The notes below the pieces were generated by a model. The model made no database searches, had not been told where the DNA came from, and saw only the letters and a program-made list of their open reading frames with translations. Of a DNA stretch of 64,000 nucleotides, positions 1-9,468 are shown piece by piece (the first letter of the stretch is position 1; every line of letters begins with the position of its first letter). A program made the translations under genes and the position numbers. Origin of the DNA: Chloroflexota bacterium (GTDB lineage: Bacteria > Chloroflexota > Limnocylindria > Limnocylindrales > CSP1-4). The stretch lies in the NCBI GenBank assembly GCA_005882635.1, contig VBFG01000042.1, forward strand, positions 6,578 to 70,577. The letters are read 5' to 3'.

Positions 1-164
1 CTCGGGACGAGCGCCCAGTCGTCGAACAGGCGCTCGAGGGCCGTGTCGCCCCAGGTCGCCTGCGCTCCGAGCTCGTAGCCGAAGGCGACCACGCAGAGGA
101 CGATCAGCCCGATCGTCACGATCGGAAATCGCCGTGTCGGGTTGGCGTCGCGGAGGGGGATCAC
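1..164 (-). CDS. rhomboid-family intramembrane protease, N-terminal fragment (gene runs off the left edge); tentative
   Basis: Not in the ORF track. The minus-strand frame opens with GTG at 164-162, overlapping the TGA of the upstream PP2C gene (GTGA). It reads VIPLRDANPTRRFPIVTIGLIVLCVVAFGYELGAQATWGDTALERLFDDWALVP, a basic stretch plus first TM helix as in rhomboid N-termini. Identified by eye only. Confidence 0.3.
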   Translation of the reverse strand, partial: MIPLRDANPTRRFPIVTIGLIVLCVVAFGYELGAQATWGDTALERLFDDWALVP

Positions 165-2452
165 GTCCCGGGCGACGCCTTCGCCGACGGCTTCGGCGAG
201 CCCGGGGGTCGGGAGCCGGGCACGCCCGAGGCGGATGGCGCCGGCGACCCGGACGCACCCGGCCCCGGATCCGGCACCGCCTCGAGCACGGCGGAGTACA
301 CGCCGTCCTTCGTCGCCCAGAGGAGCGTCGCCGGTGCCTCCGGCCCCGCGCCCAGGACGACGTACATCCCGCGGACGTCCTGCCATCCCGGGTTCCCGCC
401 GGCCAGCCGGTACTGCTCGATGAACGTGCCCTTGGCCTTGTCGAGCGCGACGACCCGGGCGTTCGCCCGGTCCCAGGCGTACAGGACGCCGGCCCGCTTG
501 TCGGACGCCGAGGCGATCCTGGTGTAGGTCGGCGTCGACCGGAGGAGCGTGTCGCCGCCAGGTGTGTCGCCCGTGTAGCCAGGGGGCTGGATGTCCCATC
601 CGGCGCTCGTGCCCCCGACATAGCGGACGATCGAGCCACCGTCGGCCAGGAACAGGTCGCCGTCGATCAACAGGTCGGTGACCTTCGAGACGTCGCGATC
701 GACGGTCAGCCAGCCCTGGGCGTTGACCGGGAAGCCACTGCCGTCGCGGGCCGGGGTGTAGTACTCGATGTTCTGCCTCGACGGATCGACGAGGTACAGG
801 TTGTACAGGCCGTTCGGGCGGTCGCGGACGAACGTCCCGATGGCCGCGATGTCGTCGCCCCAGCTGGCGGCGCCCGCGACCCGGACGCGGGTGGTCGTGC
901 CCTTGCCCTTCGTATCGGCGGCCCGCCAGCGGAACACGATGCTCTTGTCGTCGACGATGACGAGGTCGCGCGCGCCGGCCGTGATCAGCTTCGGGATGCC
1001 TTCGACCGTCCCGTCGCTCGCCCGCGTCCTCTGGCGGAAGACGACCGTCGCCCGCTTCGACCGGAGATCGATGCGATAGACGGACGACGTCGCCTTGTCG
1101 AGGACGTACGGCACCCCGTCGGGCCCGAGGATCATCGACTGGACATCGAAGGGCGTCTTGGAGCTCGCGAACGACACGACCGTCGCGCCGCCGACCGGAA
1201 CGACGTGGAAGAGGCGATCGAGCCCACCGACCACCTGCATCCGGAGCGGATCGAGCGTCGACGGCGGCACGCTCGCCGCCTCCGCGTCCTCGACGGCCTG
1301 GTATGCCCCGGTCAGGAGGCGCATCGCCTTGGCGGGGTCGCCGACGACGAGGTCGACCCCCGGCGCGAAGACCTGGCCGAGGTTCGTCCGGATCGTCTTG
1401 AGCGCCGCTTCGGCGGCGGTGATCGAGGCGAGCGGGCTCCCGATCCCCTGCCCGCCGATCGTGTAAACGACCCCGGCGAGTCCGCCGAGCACGACCACGA
1501 ACGCCAGGACGGCGACCGCGGCGCGGCGCTGCATCTCGCGCTTGGCGGCCGCCGGCGTCACCCGGCGGTACGCGGTCCGGCGACGCGGCATGAGGTCCTG
1601 GAGACGCGTGACGAGGCCGGCGAAGATCCCGCCGGCCGCGGTCCTGGCGCGTGCGGCGGATGCCTGGACGGCGGACACCCCGTCACTGACGTTGTCGGCG
1701 AGCGGGATCGGCGAGCGGTCCGGGGCGCCGGCGAGCGGCTCGGCCGCCCGGACGGGAACCAGGGTCCTCGAGCGATGGGTCGACGCCACCTCGGTCGCCT
1801 CGAACGCGATCATCGCGTCGCTTCCTGCGCCATCGGCCGCGAGGAACCGGTGATGGAGATGCTCCATCGCGGGCTGCGGATGGAGCGTGACCATCGCGTC
1901 CTTGAGCTCGTCAGCGCCAAGCCGCGTCATCACGTTCGGTGACACGAGCACGAGCGAATCCCCGACCGAGATCTCGCCGCGCCAGACGTCCGGCTCCAGC
2001 GCGCCCGTCGGGAGGCCCCGTTCGCGATGGGGATCCGGCAGCGTCGACAGGCGGGCCTGGCGAATCAGGTAGGCCTCAGCCGGCCCGATCGTCGCGACGT
2101 ACAGCTCGTTGCCGCGGACGACGGCGATGCCGATCCCGATCGGGCCGTTGTCGTCGGTGCCGTGGAGGCCGAGCCGCTCCCGCTGATGGCCGAGCCGCTT
2201 GTTGGCCGACGCGATCGCCTTCTCGATGCAGACGCGGATGCCGGCCGACTCGTCGTAGTAATACTCGCCGCGGATCGACTCGGCCGCGAGCTGGGTCGCC
2301 TCCTGGGCCCGGGCCGAGGCGATCGTCGATGTGACGATCAGGTACAGATGGCCCTTCGACCGCGCGATCGCGCCGATCGTCGGCTCGACGATGACGACGG
2401 TGTCCGGCGAGTCGGAGGCGCGGTCGGGCTCGGCGATGACGCCGAGCTTCAT
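161..2452 (-). CDS. membrane-anchored PP2C/PPM Ser/Thr phosphatase (PstP-like) with a large extracytoplasmic repeat (beta-propeller-like) domain
   Basis: Track ORF 161..2662 trimmed to the ATG at 2452 (MKLGVIAEPD). The upstream residues are Pro/Arg-rich and overlap the DUF721 gene. The N-terminal ~240 aa has PPM-like blocks (GHLYLIVTS, IGIAVVRGNELYVATIGPAEAYL, GDSLVLVSPNV). A TM helix follows (AVAVLAFVVVLGGLAGVVY), then ~500 aa of repeat-rich sequence and a Pro/Ser tail. Confidence 0.75.
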   Translation of the reverse strand: MKLGVIAEPDRASDSPDTVVIVEPTIGAIARSKGHLYLIVTSTIASARAQEATQLAAESIRGEYYYDESAGIRVCIEKAIASANKRLGHQRERLGLHGTDDNGPIGIGIAVVRGNELYVATIGPAEAYLIRQARLSTLPDPHRERGLPTGALEPDVWRGEISVGDSLVLVSPNVMTRLGADELKDAMVTLHPQPAMEHLHHRFLAADGAGSDAMIAFEATEVASTHRSRTLVPVRAAEPLAGAPDRSPIPLADNVSDGVSAVQASAARARTAAGGIFAGLVTRLQDLMPRRRTAYRRVTPAAAKREMQRRAAVAVLAFVVVLGGLAGVVYTIGGQGIGSPLASITAAEAALKTIRTNLGQVFAPGVDLVVGDPAKAMRLLTGAYQAVEDAEAASVPPSTLDPLRMQVVGGLDRLFHVVPVGGATVVSFASSKTPFDVQSMILGPDGVPYVLDKATSSVYRIDLRSKRATVVFRQRTRASDGTVEGIPKLITAGARDLVIVDDKSIVFRWRAADTKGKGTTTRVRVAGAASWGDDIAAIGTFVRDRPNGLYNLYLVDPSRQNIEYYTPARDGSGFPVNAQGWLTVDRDVSKVTDLLIDGDLFLADGGSIVRYVGGTSAGWDIQPPGYTGDTPGGDTLLRSTPTYTRIASASDKRAGVLYAWDRANARVVALDKAKGTFIEQYRLAGGNPGWQDVRGMYVVLGAGPEAPATLLWATKDGVYSAVLEAVPDPGPGASGSPAPSASGVPGSRPPGSPKPSAKASPGT

Positions 2453-2603
2453 CTGGAGACGGACGGCCAAGTCAGGGTCTCTCGTGGTCTGTGGGGCGCC
2501 GGGAGTCGGCGGGCGGCACGGAACGCCGAGGCAGAGCCCGAGTGGTTCGGGACGGACGCCCCGAGATTGGCTGGCAGGTCCGGGCAGTATACGCGGCGAG
2601 GAT

Positions 2604-2936
2604 TCAGGCCGGGCGTATGCCCCTCGCCACGACGATCCGGATCTCGCGGGCCCCGGTGCCACCTGCGGGTGAGGCGACGAACGCGGCGAGGAGCTCCGGG
2701 CCCCGGAGTCGCAGCTCCTGGGCGACGATCGGCGCGTCCGCCTCGACGACGATCGCCGGACCGTCCAGCCGGACGACGCGGCAGGCTCCTGCCGCGGCCG
2801 GAACGCGCTCGGCCACGAGCTGCTCGAAGGTCGTCATCGCCCGGGACAGGCGCAGCTCGTCCTCGAGTCCGAGCCCGCGTGCAGCGTCGGGCAGCAGGTC
2901 GCCGATGCGGATCATCGGCCGTCGTCGCCCGCTCAT
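2604..2936 (-). CDS. DUF721-family protein (DciA-like helicase-loading factor position)
   Basis: A 110-aa ORF 18 nt after recF. It sits in the conserved dnaA-dnaN-recF-DUF721 slot and has high GC3 in frame. Confidence 0.65.
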   Translation of the reverse strand: MSGRRRPMIRIGDLLPDAARGLGLEDELRLSRAMTTFEQLVAERVPAAAGACRVVRLDGPAIVVEADAPIVAQELRLRGPELLAAFVASPAGGTGAREIRIVVARGIRPA

Positions 2937-2954
2937 CGCGCGCTCACCGCGCCG

Positions 2955-4181
2955 TCATCGCCCGCCGAACGGTCGGAGGCTGGCGCCGGCGCCGTGGTCG
3001 GGCCCGACCTGCCAGCCGGTCGCTGCCTCGACGAGCGCCGGATCGAGGTCGTCGACGGTGGTCGTCGTCACGAACGACTGCGGCAGCTCGGCGATCCGTC
3101 GGACGAGATGCGCGCGGCGAGCCGGATCGAGCTCGGAGAAGACGTCGTCGAGCAGGAGCAATGGTGGCCGACCGTCCTGGGCTGTGTGGAGGTCGAGCTC
3201 GGCGAGCTTGAAGGCGAGGATCGCCGTCCGCTGCTGGCCCCGTGACGCGAAGCTCGACATGTCGCGACCGTCGAGGGTGAAGACGACGTCGTCGCGGTGC
3301 GGACCGATCACCGTCGAGCCGTTCCAGATCTCCTTCTCGGCCGTCTCGACGAGTCGCCGGGCGAGCGCGTCCCGCGGCGTCTCGCCGGGGAGCGCCGGGG
3401 CATTCGTGACGTAGCCGATCCCCAGCCGGGTTGCGTCGGCCTCGTCCGGGGCGATCTCGGCGTGGGCGGCCGCAAGCGGAGCGGCAAGGTCGTCGAGGAG
3501 GCGCAACCGCTCGCCAACGATCGCCCCGCCCGCGTCGAGGAACGACGCATTCCAGAACCGCAGCTCGTCACGCGACGCCTGCTCTTCGCGGATCGCCCGC
3601 AGCAGGCTGTTCCGCTGCTGGAGCGTTCGCGTGTATGTCGCGAGGTCGTGGGCGTAGGTCGGGGAGCGCTGAGATGCGAGCTGGTCGATCGCCGCGCGAC
3701 GGATACCCGGCGATCCGGCGATGAGGAGCATCTCCTCGGGGGCGAAGACCACCGTCCGTAACAGCCCGCTCAGGCCGGCCGCTCGTCGCCCGACACCGTT
3801 GACCCGGATCCGCTTCCGGGCGCTCGCCGCGGCCGACGGGCGGACGAGTGCCACCTCGATCGTCTCGCGGCCGGCGACTCCCTCGACTCGGGCGAGCTCG
3901 CTGCCCCACCGGACGAGCTCGGCATCGGCCGTCGTCCGGTGGGATCGCCCCCAGGCGAGCAGCACGATCGCCTCGAGGAGCGTCGTCTTGCCGGCGGCGT
4001 TGGGTCCCACGACCAGCTGCGGCCCCGAGCCGAACTCGGCCTCCAGGGAGGCGTACGACCGAAGGTCGAGGATCGACAGGCGGCTGAGCGACCGGTGAAC
4101 CGGCTCTGCGACAACCGGGAGGCCGACGTCCGAACCGATTCGGAGATCTCCGAGGGCTGAGGCGACGCCCCTGCGAGCCAT
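2955..4181 (-). CDS. recF: DNA replication/repair protein RecF
   Basis: Walker A GPNAAGKTTLLEAI, ABC-signature-like SRGQQRTAILAFKLAE, Walker B LLLLDDVFSELD. It follows dnaN by 13 nt. ATG at 4181; no in-frame GTG nearer the conserved N-terminus. Confidence 0.9.
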   Translation of the reverse strand: MARRGVASALGDLRIGSDVGLPVVAEPVHRSLSRLSILDLRSYASLEAEFGSGPQLVVGPNAAGKTTLLEAIVLLAWGRSHRTTADAELVRWGSELARVEGVAGRETIEVALVRPSAAASARKRIRVNGVGRRAAGLSGLLRTVVFAPEEMLLIAGSPGIRRAAIDQLASQRSPTYAHDLATYTRTLQQRNSLLRAIREEQASRDELRFWNASFLDAGGAIVGERLRLLDDLAAPLAAAHAEIAPDEADATRLGIGYVTNAPALPGETPRDALARRLVETAEKEIWNGSTVIGPHRDDVVFTLDGRDMSSFASRGQQRTAILAFKLAELDLHTAQDGRPPLLLLDDVFSELDPARRAHLVRRIAELPQSFVTTTTVDDLDPALVEAATGWQVGPDHGAGASLRPFGGR

Positions 4182-4194
4182 CAGCCCGAGGATT

Positions 4195-5310
4195 TCAGGA
4201 GGTCGTCCGGAGCGGCATGACGACGTGAACGTAGCGGTCGTCGCCGACGGGCTTGAACACGCCCGGCGAGAGTGGTCCGTTCAGCTCGAGCGCGAACTGG
4301 GCCGCGTCGACGTTCGTCAGCACGTCCGCCAGGAAGCGGGCGTTGAATGCGATCGTCGTTCCGTCGCCCTCGACGGCCGCCTCGACCCGGCCGACGTGGT
4401 CGCCGACCTCCGCGTTGGCGCTGACCGTGATCCCGGGGTCGCCGTCGAGGCCCACCCCGAGCTTGACGATGTTCGCCGACTCGTGGGCGATCAGGGCCGC
4501 CGGCCGGACGGCCCGGAGGAGCTCCTCGCGATCGAGGATGGCCCGGGTCGCGTGACTGGCGGGCAGGACGGACTGGTAGTTCGGGTACTGGCCGTCGATG
4601 AGTCGCGTGACGAGGTCGACGCCCTCGACGTGGAAGAGGAGCTGGTTCCGCGAATGGGCCAGGACGATCGAGACGGGCTCGTCGGTATCGGCGAGGATCC
4701 GGGCGAGCTCGTGGAGCGCCCGCGCCGGGACGACCACGCTCGTCTCTTCGACGGGGTCGAGGACCGTGATCCGCTTGACCGCGATCCGGTAGTTGTCGGC
4801 GGCCGCCAGGGTGAGCTGATCGCCCTCGAACCGGGCCAGGACGCCGGTCAGGATCGGCCGCGCCTCGTCGCTCGCCGCCGCGAACGCGGTCTCGTCGAGC
4901 GCCTGGCGGAGGATCTTCTGCTCGACCCGGGTGATCGGTCGCTCGCCGGCGGTCTGGACGGTCGGGAAGTCCTCGGCCGGGATGCCCTTGATGTTCGACT
5001 CGAACTGGCCGGCCCGGATGTGGAGCGTCTCGCCGTCGCCGAGCTCCAGGATGATCGGCTCGCCGCCCGGCAGGGAGTTCACGAGATCCGTCAGGAGGCG
5101 CGCCGGGACGGACGTGGCACCGTCGCTCTCGATCTTGCCGGGGACCCAGTAGGTGATCCCGATCTCGAGGTTCGTGGCCGTCAGCTTGAGGCCGGCGTCC
5201 TCGGTCTTCAGGAGAACGTTCGTCAGGACCGGCAGGGAGCGGTTCGAGACGGCTCGACTCACGACCGACAGGCCGCGAGCGAGGTTCTCCTGCATGACCG
5301 AAAGCTTCAC
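4195..5310 (-). CDS. dnaN: DNA polymerase III beta sliding clamp
   Basis: 371 aa, N-terminus MKLSVMQENLARGLSVVSRAV. Typical clamp length and position between dnaA and recF. GTG start. Confidence 0.95.
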   Translation of the reverse strand: MKLSVMQENLARGLSVVSRAVSNRSLPVLTNVLLKTEDAGLKLTATNLEIGITYWVPGKIESDGATSVPARLLTDLVNSLPGGEPIILELGDGETLHIRAGQFESNIKGIPAEDFPTVQTAGERPITRVEQKILRQALDETAFAAASDEARPILTGVLARFEGDQLTLAAADNYRIAVKRITVLDPVEETSVVVPARALHELARILADTDEPVSIVLAHSRNQLLFHVEGVDLVTRLIDGQYPNYQSVLPASHATRAILDREELLRAVRPAALIAHESANIVKLGVGLDGDPGITVSANAEVGDHVGRVEAAVEGDGTTIAFNARFLADVLTNVDAAQFALELNGPLSPGVFKPVGDDRYVHVVMPLRTTS

Positions 5311-5400
5311 GTCGGGTTCACTCCAAGTGACGGAGCCGGTGGTCCCGACGGGCCGGGAGACGGAGGCCTCGCGGACCTGTGGGTAGGCTCTGGGTATCTT

Positions 5401-5705
5401 CCCTCTATCTTCTCATTCCGTCATCACCGTCATCATGGTGTGGACGTCGTGGACGGCCCCGCATGACCGTTCGAGATCGCGAGGTGGACGACCGACCGGC
5501 GTCGGTGGATGGCCCGACGGTGACGCGCGGCCGGCCGGTGGACGGGTCGTGGACGGTCCGCTCGAAGGTCGGCGCGACCGGCAATATCGCCGGATTCCGT
5601 CCACGAACGGGGCCGCCCAGTCGACGGCCGGGCGTCGGAACTGTCCACAACGAGCCATCGTTGTCCACGGATTCGGCCCGGTTGTCCACACGAAAGCCGT
5701 CCTGA
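5401..5705. promoter_or_regulatory. candidate oriC: cluster of at least 10 DnaA-box-like 9-mers plus a flanking lower-GC tract
   Basis: Six boxes in TGTGGAC orientation lie at 5439, 5448, 5483, 5504 (GTGGAT), 5537 and 5548. Four boxes in TTGTCCACA orientation lie at 5597 (CCGTCCACG), 5641 (CTGTCCACA), 5661 (TTGTCCACG) and 5692 (TTGTCCACA, perfect actinobacterial consensus). A relatively AT-rich tract at 5401-5436 (ccctctatcttctcattccgtcatcaccgtcatcat) is a possible unwinding element. No comparable boxes were seen upstream of dnaA (7116-7560). Confidence 0.7.
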
Positions 5706-5747
5706 ACCGGTTCAGGTGGGTCGGCGTCGAAGGGTTCAGCGCCCCGC

Positions 5748-7115
5748 TTAATCCGCGTAGATCAGCTCGCGGACGGCCGCGATCTCCCGGCGCAGCTCGT
5801 CGTTGACGGCGCTCTCGCGGGTGATCTTGTCGCAGGCGTGGAGCACGGTCGAGTGATCCCGCCCGCCGAGCTCGGCACCGATCCGCAGGAGGGAGACATC
5901 GGTCTCCTCGCGCATCAGGAACATCGCGACCTGGCGCGGCATGACGATCGCCTTGTCGCGTTTCTGGCCGCGGAGCTGGTCCATCTGGACGCCGTAGTAG
6001 TCGGCGACCGCCTTGGCGATCCGCTCCGGCGTCACCTGCCGCTTCTTCGGGTTGTAGAGGACATTCGACAGGACGGCCTGGGCGAGCTCGATCGAGATCG
6101 GCGTCGCCCCCATCGAGGCGAACGCGACGATCCGGTTGAGGGCGCCCTCGAGCTCGCGGATGTTCGAGACGACCTTGCGGGCGATGAACTCGATCACGTC
6201 GGACGTGATCGGCACCGAGCCCTCCTCGGCCTTCGCCCGGAGGATCGCGATTCGCGTCTCGAGATCCGGTGCCGTCAGGTCGGCGATCAGACCCCACTCG
6301 AACCGCGAGCGGAGTCGCTCCTCGAGGGTCAGGATCGCCTTCGGCGGCCGATCGGACGACAGGACGATCTGCTTGCCGTCCTCGTGGATCGCGTTGAAGG
6401 TGTGGAAGAATTCCTCCTGGGTCCGCTCCTTGTCGGCGATGAACTGGATGTCATCGATGAGGAGGAGGTCGATCCGCCGGTAGCGGGCGCGGAACTCGTC
6501 GATCTTGCCCTGCTGGATCGAGGTGATGAACTCGTTGGTGAACTTCTCGCTCGTCGCGTAGACGACGCGCTTTCGGGGAAATTTGGCGACCACCTGGCTG
6601 CCGATCGCGTGCATCAGGTGGGTCTTGCCGAGGCCGACCCCGCCGTACAGGAACAGTGGGTTATAGGCGTGCCCGGGTCGTTCCGCGACCGAGAGGCTCG
6701 CCGCGTGGGCGAGGCGGTTCGCCGAGCCGACGATGAAGTTGGCGAACGTGTAGCGCGGGTTCAGGTTCGCCGCGCTGCCCTCGCCGCCGACGCGACCCGG
6801 CTCGACTCGGACCTGTGGCGCCAGGGTCGGGGCCGCCATCGATCCGTTCTCGGACGGCGTCACCACGTCGCTCGGGACGATCGCGAACTCGACCTGGACG
6901 CTGTAGCCGACGATCCGGGCGAGGGTCTGGCTGATCAGCGATCGGTAGCGGTTCTCGAGCCAGTCCTTGGCGAAGCCGTTCGGGACGGCGATCCGGAAGC
7001 GCTGCTCATCGACGTCGATCAGCTGCGTGTCGCGCAGCCAGGTCTCGTAGTTCGCCGGGGAGAGGGAGACCTGCAGCTCGCCGAGGGCGGCGCGCCAGAC
7101 CTGCTTGGCGTCCAT
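5748..7115 (-). CDS. dnaA: chromosomal replication initiator DnaA
   Basis: 455 aa. AAA+ Walker A GGVGLGKTHL, Walker B LLLIDDIQF, C-terminal DNA-binding region (PRQVAMFLMRE...GGRDHSTVLHA). Confidence 0.97.
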   Translation of the reverse strand: MDAKQVWRAALGELQVSLSPANYETWLRDTQLIDVDEQRFRIAVPNGFAKDWLENRYRSLISQTLARIVGYSVQVEFAIVPSDVVTPSENGSMAAPTLAPQVRVEPGRVGGEGSAANLNPRYTFANFIVGSANRLAHAASLSVAERPGHAYNPLFLYGGVGLGKTHLMHAIGSQVVAKFPRKRVVYATSEKFTNEFITSIQQGKIDEFRARYRRIDLLLIDDIQFIADKERTQEEFFHTFNAIHEDGKQIVLSSDRPPKAILTLEERLRSRFEWGLIADLTAPDLETRIAILRAKAEEGSVPITSDVIEFIARKVVSNIRELEGALNRIVAFASMGATPISIELAQAVLSNVLYNPKKRQVTPERIAKAVADYYGVQMDQLRGQKRDKAIVMPRQVAMFLMREETDVSLLRIGAELGGRDHSTVLHACDKITRESAVNDELRREIAAVRELIYAD

Positions 7116-7564
7116 TCGATCGATGGTGTCCCGATCCAGCTGGTTGACGGATGAATCGGTCGCCGCGGCGGACCGAGCGGGGTCGAGGAGACCGGGCGAC
7201 AGGGCCTACCGAAGAGGGTCTCCGGCTCGGCCGGGCGACGCTCCAGGGTCCCGAAACACTGTGACTGGGGGCCTGGCCCCTGAACGTCCCGGCGACGAGG
7301 GCCCGGTGAGGATAGCACCGGCTGATCGGGCGTCGCAAGGCGATTCCGGCATACCCCCCGGGAGTATCGCATCGGCATTCGCCCGAAACGCCCGATCCGG
7401 CGCGTCGCCGAGCCGGTCAGGTTGTTTGCGCTTCGAAACTGCCCGTCATATCATCCGCCGGACGACGAACGCGCCGCGCGCTCACCAGGCGCAGGCGGGT
7501 TCGTGCGCCTTCCGAGGTCGGATGTCGACCCGGGGCCCAGCGGAGAGGATCACGCACAGTCCCG

Positions 7565-7699
7565 ATGAAGCAGACCTATCAGCCCAAGAAGCGGCATCGC
7601 GCGAAGGAGCACGGCTTCCGCGCCCGGATGCGCACGGCCGGCGGCCGTCGCATCCTCGCCGCTCGGCGGGCCCGGGGTCGGAAGCGACTGACGGCCTGA
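7565..7699 (+). CDS. rpmH: 50S ribosomal protein L34
   Basis: Not in the ORF track (44 aa). My translation is [44 protein letters not shown], the canonical L34 sequence, divergent from dnaA. Confidence 0.95.
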   Translation: MKQTYQPKKRHRAKEHGFRARMRTAGGRRILAARRARGRKRLTA

Positions 7700-7731
7700 C
7701 GATCGAGCGCGGCACCCATCCGCCGCGACTC

Positions 7732-8067
7732 GTGATGCTCTCCCGTCCGCAGGACTTCGCGGCGTTGCAGGCAGGGACCGTCCGGTCCCACCCGCTGCTC
7801 ACCGCCCGCTTCCTGCGAACGGACCTCGAGACGAGCCGCTTCGGCCTGGCGACGGGCCGGAAGTTGGGCGGGGCCGTGGTCCGCAACCGCGTCCGGCGGC
7901 GGCTCCGGGAGGGGCTCAGGGCGATGGCCCCCTCGTTCCAGCCTGGCTGGGACGTCCTGATCATCGCTCGACCGGCGATCGTCGAGGCGGACCATCGAAC
8001 GCTGGTCGAGACACTGCGACGCCTCCTTCAGCGGGGAGGAGTGCTGGGAGGACAGGGCGGGTCGTGA
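7732..8067 (+). CDS. rnpA: RNase P protein component
   Basis: C-terminal part of track ORF 7105..8067 ([13 protein letters not shown]...[19 protein letters not shown]...WDVLIIARP). GTG at 7732 gives 111 aa. Starts at ATG 7735 or CTG 7696 are also possible. It lies directly after rpmH. Confidence 0.85.
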   Translation: MMLSRPQDFAALQAGTVRSHPLLTARFLRTDLETSRFGLATGRKLGGAVVRNRVRRRLREGLRAMAPSFQPGWDVLIIARPAIVEADHRTLVETLRRLLQRGGVLGGQGGS

Positions 8068-8270
8068 AGACGATCGGGATCGGGCTCATCCGGCTCTACC
8101 GGGTTGCCTTCGCCTGGCTGCCGTCGAGCTGCCGTTACGAGCCGTCGTGCTCCCGCTACACGGAGCAGGCGATCGAGCGGTACGGGCTCCTTCGCGGGAG
8201 CTGGATGGGCGCCCGCCGGATCGCCCGCTGCCATCCGGGCCATCCCGGCGGCTACGACCCGGTCCGCTGA
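8064..8270 (+). CDS. yidD: membrane protein insertion efficiency factor YidD
   Basis: 68 aa with the [10 protein letters not shown] motif. Its GTG overlaps the rnpA TGA (GTGA). Confidence 0.9.
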   Translation: MKTIGIGLIRLYRVAFAWLPSSCRYEPSCSRYTEQAIERYGLLRGSWMGARRIARCHPGHPGGYDPVR

Positions 8271-8286
8271 CACAGACGAGGAACGA

Positions 8287-9468
8287 GTGACCCTTTCGCG
8301 CCTCCGCTCCGACGTCGTCCGGCTGTTGCCGCCGATCCTGATCCTGATCGCGATCGGGCTGGTCGTCGCCGCGTGTGCCGCGCCGGGAGGCTCGCCCGGC
8401 GCCAGCGGGTCCGCGGCCGTGACGCCCACCCCGCCGGCGGCGATCCCGCTGAAGCCGGTGACCCCGACGGAGCCGTTCAGCCTCCTGGCCTGGCTGTTCA
8501 CGCCGATCTTCCAGGCCTTCTTCATCCTCCTCGTCGTCCTCGACAAGCTGACCGGCAACATCGCGATCGCGATCGTCCTGATGACGATCATCATCCGGAT
8601 CATCCTGATCCCGGTCTTCCGTCGCCAGACGGTCTCGATGAAGCGGACGCAGATGCTGGCGCCGGAGGTCAAGGAGATCCAGCGCCGCTTCAAGGGCGAC
8701 CGGCTCAAGCAGCAGGAGGCCCAGCGGCAGCTCTATTCGGAGCGCGGCATCAACCCCGCCTCCGGCTGCCTCCCGGCGATCCTCCAGATCTTCCTGCTCA
8801 TCCCGATGTACTCGGTCTTCAGCCAGGGCCTCCAGAACTTCGATCCCCAGCCGATGCTCGACGTCTTCGGCTTCCGGATCATCGACCTCCAGTGCGCGGC
8901 CGCCCCGATCGTCACCGCTGCCGGGCACGTCACGAATCCGTGTCTGGATCCGAGTGCGTTCGGGATCAACTGGGGCGTGCCCGAGGTCTTCATCGGTCAG
9001 CCCGGCGGCATGCTGTCTGGGCTCAGCCTGCTCGCGATCATCTCGTCGCTGCTCCAGCTCGTCCAGTCGCGGATGACCCTGCCGCCGCACGATCCGGCCA
9101 TGGCCGATGATGCCAACTACCGCATCCAGCGCCAGATGGCCTACATCTTCCCGTTCATCTCGCTCCTCTATGGGAGCTTCCTCCCCGCCGGCCTGTTCCT
9201 GTACTGGATCACCTCGACGATCTTCTCGATCGTCCAGCAGTACCTGATCATCGGCTGGGGCGGGATGTTCCCCCTGTTCGGCTGGCAGCCCTCGTTCGCC
9301 GTCGGCCACACGCCCCGATTCCCGGTCATCCTGCCGCCGCCGGTCGACCCCAAGTCCCGACCGGCGACATCGCCGCTCGGCGGGAGCGCAGGTCGCGCCG
9401 TCCAGGCCGACCGGACCATTCGCCACAAGGAACGCGGCCGCCAGGGCCGCCGAGGGAGACGCCGCTGA
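8287..9468 (+). CDS. yidC: membrane protein insertase YidC
   Basis: Track ORF 8104..9468 trimmed to GTG 8287, the first start after yidD. Signal-anchor/lipobox-like LVVAACA. Conserved YidC core (IAIVLMTIIIRIILIPVFRRQ, GINPASGCLPAILQIFLLIPMY). Confidence 0.9.
   Translation: MTLSRLRSDVVRLLPPILILIAIGLVVAACAAPGGSPGASGSAAVTPTPPAAIPLKPVTPTEPFSLLAWLFTPIFQAFFILLVVLDKLTGNIAIAIVLMTIIIRIILIPVFRRQTVSMKRTQMLAPEVKEIQRRFKGDRLKQQEAQRQLYSERGINPASGCLPAILQIFLLIPMYSVFSQGLQNFDPQPMLDVFGFRIIDLQCAAAPIVTAAGHVTNPCLDPSAFGINWGVPEVFIGQPGGMLSGLSLLAIISSLLQLVQSRMTLPPHDPAMADDANYRIQRQMAYIFPFISLLYGSFLPAGLFLYWITSTIFSIVQQYLIIGWGGMFPLFGWQPSFAVGHTPRFPVILPPPVDPKSRPATSPLGGSAGRAVQADRTIRHKERGRQGRRGRRR

Noticed and set aside
5379-6297. 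ORFs crossing the dnaA-dnaN spacer (5379..5705 +, 5405..5689 -, 5413..6297 -, 5435..5806 +).
   Set aside because: The region is packed with DnaA boxes and is the likely oriC. The ORFs have no coding signature and overlap dnaA antisense.
7116-7564. The rpmH-dnaA intergenic region as the replication origin.
   Set aside because: I found no TTGTCCACA/TGTGGACAA-like boxes there, whereas the dnaA-dnaN spacer has at least ten. The region may still hold the dnaA and rpmH promoters, but I could not support specific -35/-10 calls.
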